32,000 bases of DNA from Candidatus Kuenenia stuttgartensis (GCF_900232105.1 NZ_LT934425.1:1230001-1262000); one strand, 5' to 3'; shown: positions 16,551 to 25,074, counted from the stretch's first letter. The notes: generated by a model from the sequence alone, not told the origin. Numbers and translations: made by a program.

Positions 16551-16657
16551 TTGCTTCGGAAAAAGCCCTCGCAATGACAAACTGAGGACTCGCAATGACA
16601 AAAGCGTGTCATTACAAGGGTGCCAGCGTGTCATTGCGAGGGTCTTTTCCGAAGCAA
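16551..16657. repeat. Inverted pair of the CATTGCGAGGG-N-CCGAAGCAA repeat family (29-bp arms)
   Basis: TTGCTTCGGAAAAAGCCCTCGCAATGACA (16551..16579) against TGTCATTGCGAGGGTCTTTTCCGAAGCAA (16629..16657). Further copies at 16162..16193, at 16332..16360 (inside the GIY-YIG gene), and a partial copy near 16590. Confidence 0.9.
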
Positions 16658-16741
16658 CCTCGCAAATAACACGCTCTTTAACCACGGAACACCTGGCGAG
16701 TCCTTTAGTCGCAACCAAATTCGAAATACGAAACAACCCTT

Positions 16742-16798
16742 CGGAGTGAGAGATAAAGTGAAAGTGAGATTTTCACTCTGGCTTTATCTTTCACTCCG
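16742..16798. repeat. Long hairpin (17-bp stem with 1 mismatch) between convergent fliE and thyX regions
   Basis: CGGAGTGAGAGATAAAG ... CTTTATCTTTCACTCCG with an inner AGTGA/TCACT stem. A terminator role is possible but there is no T-tract. Confidence 0.7.
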
Positions 16799-16932
16799 AA
16801 GAACGGTTATGCATTTAAAAAAACTAGCATAAAAAACAAGAAGTTGATGGATAGTAGTACAAAGAATATTGAACGCAAAGGACACGAAGAAAAACTTACA
16901 AAAAAATAGAAAAAAAGAGGCAACCCACAGTA

Positions 16933-17661
16933 TCATATATTTCTAAACATAGTTCTCACTTCAACCATCTTCCCGCACGTCATTTTTCCTTCCGGGCATG
17001 CATTGTTTACGCAACCAGGGCCTGCATCTTTCAAAATATTTGGGGCGACCTTTTTCGCTAGCCGCAGCATTTCAATTGCCATAGCCCTGATTTCCCATTG
17101 TGCGCGATTGCAGCAACGTACACGAAGGAAATGCAATAATTCGCGGGCGTTCATGGTAATGATAATCTTTGTCTCCGCGGCATTGGGCAGTAAAAATCTG
17201 GCGTCTTCAAATGTGCTTTCTCCACTATCGCCCAGCGCCTCTATCAGTTCGTCATACCATTCCTGAATACAATTCATTTTTTCAATGAACCACTGTTTTT
17301 TTCCGATTTTTTCAATCCTGGGGGGGATAACAAAATCAAAACCACCGGTTTTCTTACGGTACTTTCCCACATAACGCTGGCTTTGCTGGGAATAAGAAGC
17401 CAAACGATGCCGGACAAGCTGATGTGAACAGGCGCGGGAAATGCCCTCTATACCAAAGGTAAAACTGACGTGTTCTATGGGCGAGAGATGCCCCATTTCC
17501 GTTAATTTTTCAATAAAAACGGACTGATCCTTGCTGTCAATCTGTTCCTTTAATTCAGCAACAGAGGAGGGGCTATAACACAGTTTGGCGGCTTGCGCCA
17601 CGATATGTTCAGGGTCTTGTGTGTATCGTAATAATAGTACATTTAGTTTTGATTCAGACAT
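16933..17661 (-). CDS. thyX: FAD-dependent thymidylate synthase ThyX
   Basis: ThyX motif QLVRHRLASYSQQSQRY (RHR..S....S.R). Start taken at the ATG at 17661 (MSESKLNV); the track ORF begins at a TTG at 17679. Confidence 0.9.
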   Translation of the reverse strand: MSESKLNVLLLRYTQDPEHIVAQAAKLCYSPSSVAELKEQIDSKDQSVFIEKLTEMGHLSPIEHVSFTFGIEGISRACSHQLVRHRLASYSQQSQRYVGKYRKKTGGFDFVIPPRIEKIGKKQWFIEKMNCIQEWYDELIEALGDSGESTFEDARFLLPNAAETKIIITMNARELLHFLRVRCCNRAQWEIRAMAIEMLRLAKKVAPNILKDAGPGCVNNACPEGKMTCGKMVEVRTMFRNI

Positions 17662-17736
17662 GTTTTCATAATATAACAAGATGAAAAAATAAACATTAAA
17701 AATCTGTATCCCTTTTCGGTTTGAGACTTCACCCCG

Positions 17737-18264
17737 CTAAAATTCTATCCCTTTACGTGCCTTTATTCCATTTTTATAGTGGTGCTTTATTTCTTTCATC
17801 TCAGTCACTAAATCCGCAATATCGATCAATTGACTTTTGGCATTCCGTCCTGTAAGGACAAGATTCAATCGCCTGGGTTTATTTTGTATCACCCCAATAA
17901 CGTCTTCGACATCCAGCAATCCATAATCAATCAAATGGTTAATTTCGTCAAGAACAATGAGATCGTATTCATCTGAGAAAATCTCCTTTTTCGCATATTC
18001 CCAGGATTCTTTGACATTTTTGATAGTTTCTTCGGAAAAATGTCCTTTTTGCGTTTTAATAAATCCCTGCCCCATGAGAACCATCTTAAAATCAGGTTCC
18101 AATAATTTAGCAGCCCTCATCTCGCCGGTTTTTTGAGAACTTTTGATAAATGAAAGCATAAGCGCTTTCATCCCCTGTCCAATAGCACGAAAGCAAAGCC
18201 CTAATGCCGCGGTAGTTTTCCCTTTTCCATTTCCGGTATGTATAAGTATAAGCCCATTTTCCAT
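17737..18264 (-). CDS. cobO: Cob(I)yrinic acid a,c-diamide (corrinoid) adenosyltransferase, CobA/CobO/BtuR family
   Basis: 175 aa. LILIHTGNGKGKTTAALGLCFRAIGQG P-loop and LVLDEINHLIDYGLL are characteristic of the family. Confidence 0.85.
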   Translation of the reverse strand: MENGLILIHTGNGKGKTTAALGLCFRAIGQGMKALMLSFIKSSQKTGEMRAAKLLEPDFKMVLMGQGFIKTQKGHFSEETIKNVKESWEYAKKEIFSDEYDLIVLDEINHLIDYGLLDVEDVIGVIQNKPRRLNLVLTGRNAKSQLIDIADLVTEMKEIKHHYKNGIKARKGIEF

Positions 18265-18357
18265 ATATTATCCTAAAGCGGGACAAGCCAGAATCAAATA
18301 AACGTAAAATACAAAAGAGGAACCAGTAGAGTAGAAACAGACGACAAGAACTTAGGC

Positions 18358-18487
18358 GTAGCTATTCAGCGTAATTTATCAAACTACCGGGGGTGCAGAG
18401 CGCAACTCGTTCTCAAACAGATACTTCACTACGTTCAGTACAAGGTTTTGGGAACGAGCCGTGTATCGTTTACGCTGAATAGTTACC
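18358..18487. repeat. Palindromic element, copy A (arms GTAGCTATTCAGCGTAA / TTACGCTGAATAGTTAC) with a nested inner hairpin
   Basis: Shares both arms and the adjacent TTTATCAAACTACCGG / GCCGTGTATCGTTTACG sequence with copy B at 26920..26990. Carries an extra about 60-bp insert with a CTCGTTCTCAAA...TTTGGGAACGAG stem. Confidence 0.85.
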
Positions 18488-18499
18488 AAAAAGATATTA

Positions 18500-18673
18500 T
18501 TAGTTTTCTGTGTGGATTTCATCAGCTTTTTTAATGAAACTTACAATTTTTTTTGAGCTTTCGTTTTGTCGCTTTCTATAATAATCTACAATTTTCTTAA
18601 TATCGTAATTAAATTTGGCGGCGTGTTTTTCACGATACTTATGAATCTCTTCTATTATTGGATCATTATACAT
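18500..18673 (-). CDS. Small conserved-looking partner protein of the PIN gene (putative antitoxin, encoded downstream)
   Basis: 57-aa ORF below the track cutoff, found by hand: MYNDPIIEEIHKYREKHAAKFNYDIKKIVDYYRKRQNESSKKIVSFIKKADEIHTEN. Starts 3 nt after the PIN gene stop. The antitoxin role is inferred from position only. Confidence 0.5.
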   Translation of the reverse strand: MYNDPIIEEIHKYREKHAAKFNYDIKKIVDYYRKRQNESSKKIVSFIKKADEIHTEN

Positions 18674-18676
18674 TTT

Positions 18677-19150
18677 TTATTCTCCTAATAATTCTTCTGG
18701 AGTACAGATTATCGGAGCGATATAACCATTATCAAATATTACTTTCTCAATTAATGGTCGCATTTTCGCATTTGCTATATGTTTACAATTCCAGGTTAAT
18801 AAATAATTCATATTATGGATTGATGCTATAGAAATATGTAAAGAATCTACCACGGCTTTAGGAGGTAAGCATTTCTTATCCATTAAAGCTTCTGATAAAC
18901 CAATAATATCATTTGTGATATCAAGTAAAGCTATTTTATTTAATTCCAATAATCTTTTTTGTGCTGCATCGGGGTCGCCTGCTTCGGCTTCATCGATTAC
19001 AAATTGTGAAGTGAATAAATCAAATTCATCTCGATGAGTAGACCACCAATCGTATGTAATTTGTTGATGAGCGGCTATAATAATATCACGACTCGGTTTA
19101 GAGGTTAGATAGCTTATAATACTTGTCTCTATGTACAGTTTCTGATTCAT
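18677..19150 (-). CDS. PIN-domain ribonuclease (VapC-like toxin)
   Basis: 157 aa. LYIETSIISYL, acidic FVIDEAEAGD, DSLHISIASIH and LLTWNCKHI give the layout of PIN acidic residues. Very low GC (about 27-33%) compared with its neighbours. Confidence 0.7.
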   Translation of the reverse strand: MNQKLYIETSIISYLTSKPSRDIIIAAHQQITYDWWSTHRDEFDLFTSQFVIDEAEAGDPDAAQKRLLELNKIALLDITNDIIGLSEALMDKKCLPPKAVVDSLHISIASIHNMNYLLTWNCKHIANAKMRPLIEKVIFDNGYIAPIICTPEELLGE

Positions 19151-19262
19151 GGTTAAATTATACTATTATTATCAACTATATTCTTAAACAGCTAACGTCT
19201 GCGTTCAGGTGCGGCTGGCACGAGCAGCGGGACAGACGTCACCTGCAACGCATTGTTAGCAG

Positions 19263-20138
19263 TCAATCTCTAAACCTCTCAAAATAGCTTAGATCGACGT
19301 CATAAACTGTCCGCTTTTTAACTCCAAGCTCAACGCGCTGAAACATTTCGACCAATTTTGCACCATCAACAAGTTCAACTTTTGGCGCACCCTCTCGATT
19401 GGCTTCAACTACTGCCGCGTTGGTAAATGAAGATGTTGTAATGATGATTCCTTTCTCGGCTCTTCCGATCATGGCATTTCTAAAGTCGCCCACTTGTGAA
19501 CGACCAACCAAGTTGCCATCCGCGTATCGCTTGCACTGAAACAATACTTTGAAACTTACGAACGGATTGATCTCCAGTGTGCCGAAGCCATCTATGCCGC
19601 CATCGGCTGAACCTCCCGTGATCTCGACATTTTCAAATCCTGATTCACGCAGGAGTTCCTGAGACACCTTCTCGAAGCCGAGCGGGCTCAATGAGCGCAG
19701 AATAGCGATCAGGCTCATTTTCTGATCTGCTTGCGGTGTGTCCGGGGTGGGTGCTTCCTCTTCCGTTGCTTCACCCTGCTCCGCCGCTTTTTGTTTCCTG
19801 TTCTCGGCGTGGATCGCGACCCATTTCTTGAATATTTCGGCTGCCTGAGCATCAGAAATGTGTGCTGTACGACCCTTTTCCGTGAGCGTCCATGTGCCGT
19901 GCTTGGACGATTTGAGCATTCCCTCCCAGACCAGATACTGCCTCGCCCAGGCAACCTGATTGTGAAACCTGCTGTCACCGGACTTCAATGTTTCGTCCAG
20001 CACCTCGTCTGTGAGGTTAAGATTCTTGGCTATACGGTCCGAAACTTCTCGCGGCCTACCGGAATCTCCAAGGTCACGGAGCGCGTCAAGAAGTGGTCCA
20101 AACCACTTTACAAACTCGGCATTTGATTTACGCGTCAT
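19263..20138 (-). CDS. mrr: Mrr-family restriction endonuclease (Mrr N-terminal winged helix + Mrr_cat)
   Basis: 291 aa. The N-terminus resembles Mrr_N. C-terminal catalytic core GGSADGGIDGFG...KVLFQCKRY (D...QxK). GC is visibly higher (about 50-60% in sampled lines) than the rest of the window. Confidence 0.8.
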   Translation of the reverse strand: MTRKSNAEFVKWFGPLLDALRDLGDSGRPREVSDRIAKNLNLTDEVLDETLKSGDSRFHNQVAWARQYLVWEGMLKSSKHGTWTLTEKGRTAHISDAQAAEIFKKWVAIHAENRKQKAAEQGEATEEEAPTPDTPQADQKMSLIAILRSLSPLGFEKVSQELLRESGFENVEITGGSADGGIDGFGTLEINPFVSFKVLFQCKRYADGNLVGRSQVGDFRNAMIGRAEKGIIITTSSFTNAAVVEANREGAPKVELVDGAKLVEMFQRVELGVKKRTVYDVDLSYFERFRD

Positions 20139-20386
20139 TGTTGTTTTCTGACTGCTAACTTTATATTAGACTTCCCAAATATCATATTAATTTACGGCAA
20201 TTATGAGATATATTTTTATTTGTATACATTACTGCTAAGTGCTTGCAGCACGACTTTTCAGTTTTTCAATATTAGATAACAGTTTGATTTCCTGTAATAT
20301 TTCCATACAAGCTTATAATTGACCAATGACTAATGACTAATAAGGTACTAAATGGGCTGCTTCCTTGTGTATTGCCTCCTGTCTCA

Positions 20387-23300
20387 TCACTTGTAAACAA
20401 AAAGCAGATCCCTGGCCTCTACATTGTCTCTTGGTTTCACCAGCACCTTACTAATCTCGCCATCGTGCTCTGCATAAATGGTTGCTTCCATTTTCATCGC
20501 CTCCATAATCAGGAGCGGATCATTTTTGGCAACTTTATCACCTGCTGATACTTTTACTTTAACAATCATGCCTGGCATAGGCGCTCCGACATGCTTGCTA
20601 TTCCCCTCCTCTATTTGGGGATGTCTGATGATTGAAGCGGCAATTTTACGATTTGCAATAACAACTTCACGCGGCTGGCCGTTCATTTCGAAGAATACCG
20701 TGCAATTCCCCTCCTCATTTACCGTACTTATTGCTACCAGTTTGAAAATCAGGGTTTTCCCTTCTTCGATTTCAATATAGATTTCTTCATGCATGGGCAT
20801 GCCGTAGAAGAACACATTCGTAGGAATGACAGATACATCATCATATTTCTTTCTGTGTTCTGCATATTGAAAGAAGACTTCCGGATACATTAAATAAGAC
20901 ATAAGCTCTTCGTTGGAGATATTCCTGAAGATACAGGACTCTACTTTTTCTTTCACCTCTTCAAGGTTCACAGGTGGAAGATTAGCGCCCGGCCTTTCCG
21001 TATAAGCAGGCGCTCCACGCAATATTTTGTACTGTACTTCTTTAGGAAAACCTCCCGTGGGCTGGCCAAGGCGTCCCTCAAAAAATTCAACAACAGAGGT
21101 CGGAAATGAAATATCTTTTTCGTTGTCGAGAATATCCTTTGCCTTCATATTATTCGTGACCAGAAAAAGCGTCATATCCCCGACCACTTTTGAAGAGGGG
21201 GTTACTTTTACAATATCGCCAAAAAGCTGATTCACCTCTGCGTAAACATCCGTAATTTCGCGCCACCGGTGCGCCAATCCCATTGAGTGCGCCTGTTGGA
21301 AAAGATTGGTAAACTGTCCCCCAGGAATTTCATGATGGAACACCTCTGCGGTACATGCCTTTTGGATGGATTCAAATGGCGCATAGTATTCCCTGACCAC
21401 TTCCCAGTAATCCGAGAGCAGTCCGAGTGCTTTAAAGTCCATGCCGGTGCTGCGTTCGTGAAACCGCAGCATCTCTACCAGTGTATTCAAATTGGGTTGA
21501 GATGTTAATCCGGAAAGGGGTCCCATAGCCGCATCCACAATATCTACTCCAGCCTCTGCTGCTTTTATAAGGGTGGCAATCTGTCCGCCGGAAGTGTCGT
21601 GCGTATGCAAATGTACCGGAATGTTTACTGCCGACTTCAAAGCGCAAACAAGCTCATAAGCAGCGTAGGGCTTCAGTAGTCCTGCCATATCTTTTATTGA
21701 CAGCATATGCGCTCCCAGTTCTTCCAGTTCTTTTGCCATTTTCACATAATAGTCAAGGGTATATTTCGTGCGTTTCGGGTCAAGTATATCACCGGTATAA
21801 CATATCGCCGCCTCGCATAAGGCGCCGGTTTCCAGAACAGCATCCATCGCCACCTTCATATTCTCAGCCCAGTTAAGAGAGTCGAAAACACGAAACACGT
21901 CTATTCCGCTTTCAGCCGCCTGTCTGATAAATGCATTGACAACATTATCGGGATAATTTGTATATCCCACGCCATTGGAAGCCCTGAGCAGCATTTGAAA
22001 GAGTATGTTGGGCACAAGTTTGCGCATGGAGCGCAAACGATCCCAGGGACACTCCGTAAGAAACCTCATCGCAGTATCAAAGGTTGCTCCGCCCCACACT
22101 TCAATTGAAAAGAAATCGGCATGGTTCTTTGAGTATACCTCAGCAATTTTCAACATATCGATAGTTCTCATGCGGGTTGCAAGCAGTGACTGGTGTGCAT
22201 CACGAAATGTAGTATCTGTCAATAACAGTCGTTTTTCATTGCGAATATGCTGAACAAATTTTGCCGGTCCCATTTCAAACAGCATATCACGGGCGCCTTT
22301 AGGCCTTGATTCTTTATGGTCAACTGTGGGTACCGGCGCTTTGCGGCGACATACGGATTTCGGAAGTTCTTTGATAAGTGGATGGCCGTTGACAAGGACG
22401 TCTCCTAAAAAACGCATAATAAGCGTAGCACGGTCCCTGCGCCGGGAAAAACGGAAAAGGTCTTTGTTCTCGTCAATAAAACGTGTAGTGCACTTTCCTT
22501 TCAGGAAATCTTTGTGATTTATAAGATTGATGAGGAACGGAATATTAGTTTTTACGCCGCGAATCCGGAATTCATCCAAAGCCCTGTCCATGCGGTTAAC
22601 TGCATCCTCAAAACAAATTCCGGACGCTGTAACCTTCACGAGCAGAGAATCGTAATAGGGGGTGACAATGGCTCCGGAAAAGGCGGTTCCTGCATCAAGG
22701 CGAATGCCCATACCGCCGGCAGAACGGTAATGCTGAATACGTCCGTAATCAGGAATAAACGCATTGGAAGGATCTTCTGTGGTGATCCGGCTTTGAATGG
22801 CGACCCCCCTGGTTTGGATTGATTCCTGGTTTGGTATCCGGATTTCAGGTGAATCAAGGGGAAACCCTTTGCTGATCAATATCTGTCTTTTGACAATGTC
22901 GATATCGGTTATTGTTTCCGTAACGGTGTGTTCAACCTGTATTCTTGGGTTGATTTCAATAAAATAAAATGTGTTTTTTTCCGTATCGAGAAGGAATTCC
23001 ACCGTGCCGGCATTATCATAATTTACCGATTTACATATTTTTACCGCCGCGTTACAGATGTCTTGCCTGACGGACGCATCAAGATGCTGTGCCGGGGCTA
23101 TCTCTACAACTTTCTGATGGCGCCTTTGAAGGGTACAGTCTCGTTCATAGAGGTGTACAATATTTTTATGTTTGTCTCCCAGTATTTGCACCTCAATATG
23201 ACGCGCCTTTTCTATGTATTTTTCAATGAAGCATTCATCGTAGCCAAAGGCCGTCATTGATTCGCGCTGCGCTTCGTTAAGGCGGCCTACCAATTCAGAT

Positions 23301-23836
23301 TCGCCCAGAACGATACGCATTCCCCGTCCGCCGCCTCCATTGGCAGCCTTAATGATAACCGGGTATCCCACTTCACGGCAAAAGGCCTTGGCTTCATCCG
23401 GGTGCCTGATAGGGTATTTATTTCCGGAAAGTATTGGGACCTGAGCCTGGCCGGCTATCTGCCTGGCGGATATCTTGTTGCCAAGCAGCTCAAGTATTTC
23501 CGAACGTGGGCCTATAAAGACAATGCCAGCTTTTTCGCATGCGCGGGCAAAGCCAGCATTTTCAGAGAGAAACCCGTAACCCGGGTGTATGGCGTCTATC
23601 CCCTTGTCTTTGGCAAGTTGAATGATTCCTTCTATATCCAGATACGCTTTAACGGGATCTTTGCCTGTGCCTGTCTGATATGCTTCGTCTGCTTTAAACC
23701 GATGAAGTGCGAAACGATCTTCATGGGAATATATTGCTACAGTCCTTATGCCCAATTCGTGCGCTGCACGAAAAACACGTATTGCTATTTCACTACGGTT
23801 GGCAACGAGTAGTTTTTTAAATCTTCTGATTTCCAT
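20387..23836 (-). CDS. pyc: Pyruvate carboxylase, single-chain (biotin carboxylase + carboxyltransferase + biotinyl domain)
   Basis: Start taken at the ATG at 23836 (MEIRRFKKLLVANRSEIAIRVFRA) with RBS aagga. TFRDAHQSLLATRMRT carboxyltransferase motif and C-terminal biotinylation motif EAMKME. The track ORF extends to a TTG at 23890. Confidence 0.93.
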   Translation of the reverse strand: MEIRRFKKLLVANRSEIAIRVFRAAHELGIRTVAIYSHEDRFALHRFKADEAYQTGTGKDPVKAYLDIEGIIQLAKDKGIDAIHPGYGFLSENAGFARACEKAGIVFIGPRSEILELLGNKISARQIAGQAQVPILSGNKYPIRHPDEAKAFCREVGYPVIIKAANGGGGRGMRIVLGESELVGRLNEAQRESMTAFGYDECFIEKYIEKARHIEVQILGDKHKNIVHLYERDCTLQRRHQKVVEIAPAQHLDASVRQDICNAAVKICKSVNYDNAGTVEFLLDTEKNTFYFIEINPRIQVEHTVTETITDIDIVKRQILISKGFPLDSPEIRIPNQESIQTRGVAIQSRITTEDPSNAFIPDYGRIQHYRSAGGMGIRLDAGTAFSGAIVTPYYDSLLVKVTASGICFEDAVNRMDRALDEFRIRGVKTNIPFLINLINHKDFLKGKCTTRFIDENKDLFRFSRRRDRATLIMRFLGDVLVNGHPLIKELPKSVCRRKAPVPTVDHKESRPKGARDMLFEMGPAKFVQHIRNEKRLLLTDTTFRDAHQSLLATRMRTIDMLKIAEVYSKNHADFFSIEVWGGATFDTAMRFLTECPWDRLRSMRKLVPNILFQMLLRASNGVGYTNYPDNVVNAFIRQAAESGIDVFRVFDSLNWAENMKVAMDAVLETGALCEAAICYTGDILDPKRTKYTLDYYVKMAKELEELGAHMLSIKDMAGLLKPYAAYELVCALKSAVNIPVHLHTHDTSGGQIATLIKAAEAGVDIVDAAMGPLSGLTSQPNLNTLVEMLRFHERSTGMDFKALGLLSDYWEVVREYYAPFESIQKACTAEVFHHEIPGGQFTNLFQQAHSMGLAHRWREITDVYAEVNQLFGDIVKVTPSSKVVGDMTLFLVTNNMKAKDILDNEKDISFPTSVVEFFEGRLGQPTGGFPKEVQYKILRGAPAYTERPGANLPPVNLEEVKEKVESCIFRNISNEELMSYLMYPEVFFQYAEHRKKYDDVSVIPTNVFFYGMPMHEEIYIEIEEGKTLIFKLVAISTVNEEGNCTVFFEMNGQPREVVIANRKIAASIIRHPQIEEGNSKHVGAPMPGMIVKVKVSAGDKVAKNDPLLIMEAMKMEATIYAEHDGEISKVLVKPRDNVEARDLLFVYK

Positions 23837-24497
23837 TAAAAATCCTTCTACTGACAAGCATGATCGTTTTATATGATTGTTTTTAGGCAATAGCGGCTTT
23901 CATATCTGCCCATTTTCCATTTGTTTTATAAAGGTAAATACTATACCGGATGCTTCCTTCCCTACTACTCTTCGTTTTTCATCATAGTATTTTTAATCAT
24001 AAAATAAACACTATTTTTATTAATAATCAATTTATTTTGCCCTACGCCCCTACGTAGATTTTGCAGTTTTTGTAACAAGCGTAAAAACCGCGAAACAAAA
24101 GGAGGATAAGAAAGCTTCGTAATGCGTTATTCATTAGCGTCTATTTACGTCTATTCTCGGTTAATAAAGGAACCGCCAATGAACGCCAACAAACGCGAAT
24201 CTGTAAATTTCATTACACGGTTAAATTAATCCGTAATTTTAAGTTAGCTCTTTTGGTTGATTCCCCTCCATCAAAAGGAATGCGACATCGTCCAGTACTA
24301 TTTATGGCATGTATTTCACTTGTAGGAAATGTGTACGTATCAATGATTGTTTCAGAAGGGGGGGTTCTTTTTGGCCATGATAGTAGTTTGTGTATAGTTT
24401 TGAGTTCAAAATATAATAATAATGTTCACACAGCAAAAGCAATAGCGCAAGACAAAACTCCGGGTCATGAAAGAGTTCTCGTAACACTTTTTAAATA

Positions 24498-24525
24498 TTG
24501 ACAATGGAATTGCGTTGTCTATAAT
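24498..24525 (+). promoter_or_regulatory. Consensus sigma-70 promoter: TTGACA, 16-nt spacer, TATAAT
   Basis: Both hexamers are perfect (24498..24503 and 24520..24525), 46 nt upstream of the DUF433 gene ATG. Confidence 0.7.
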
Positions 24526-24571
24526 GCACGCATAATTTTACCCTATAAAAATTAATACAGGATGAGAAATA

Positions 24572-24793
24572 ATGGTGGATTGGAGGAACCACATTGTAAG
24601 TACATCGGATGTGCTTAGGGGAAAACCCAGAATTAAAGGAACCAGAATACCGGTTAGCCTTATCCTTGGGTATTTGGCTGCTGGCGAACCTCTTGAAAAA
24701 ATTATGGCGGAATTTCCTGGTATTACTAAGGAACAAATAGCAGCTTGTCTGGATTATGCCCGCGAGCTTTCTGAATATGAGGTAGCCGTTTGA
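24572..24793 (+). CDS. DUF433-family protein (antitoxin-like)
   Basis: 73 aa. VLRGKPRIKGTRIPVSLILGYLAAGEPLEKIMAEFPGITKEQIAACLDYA is the DUF433 pattern. Confidence 0.8.
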   Translation: MVDWRNHIVSTSDVLRGKPRIKGTRIPVSLILGYLAAGEPLEKIMAEFPGITKEQIAACLDYARELSEYEVAV

Positions 24794-25074
24794 TGGCGTT
24801 GAGATTCCTTGAGGATCACTGTGTTTTCAATTTTATAATCTAAACACTTCTGGATGCTGGTTTCGAAGTGTTTAGATTAAGGGATTATGCTTCTCCGGAT
24901 GCGGTTGACCAAACTGTAATTTCAATAGCGCAGGAACTCGATTCTATTTTGATTTCTTTGGATGGGGATTTTACAGATATAGTAAATTACCCTCCCGCAA
25001 ACTACAAAGGCATTATCTCTCTACAAGTAAGAAATCATCCTGGTAACACTTTTAACAATACGAATCAACCTTAA
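24793..25074 (+). pseudogene. DUF5615-family (PIN-like) partner gene carrying an in-frame TAA
   Basis: The ATG overlaps the DUF433 stop (TGATG). It reads MALRFLEDHCVFNFII*TLLDAGFEVFRLRDYASPDAVDQTVISIAQELDSILISLDGDFTDIV, collinear with the family pattern at normal length except for the TAA at 24841..24843. Confidence 0.65.

Noticed and set aside
16011-16832. ORFs 16011..16286, 16450..16749, 16503..16736 and 16620..16832
   Set aside because: They are read-throughs of the CATTGCGAGGG/CCGAAGCAA repeats (peptides such as VIARVFSEA and PRNDK) or the out-of-frame tail of the GIY-YIG pseudogene. They are not independent genes.
18265-18357. Cobalamin riboswitch upstream of the corrinoid adenosyltransferase gene
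   Set aside because: No B12-box-like element or the expected conserved stems are visible on the (-) strand. The region is short and is followed by the palindromic repeat.
19213-19230. TGGCAC at about 19216 as a sigma-54 -24 element
   Set aside because: The -12 position lacks TTGC in the correct register (GC is 10 nt from the GG, not 12). The site also lies in the 3-prime hairpin region of mrr with no downstream (+) gene.
24253-24736. ORFs 24253..24501 (+), 24302..24487 (-) and 24491..24736 (-)
   Set aside because: They have no RBS and no similarity I can recognise. They overlap the strong promoter, leader or coding sequence of the DUF433 gene. Their composition looks non-coding.
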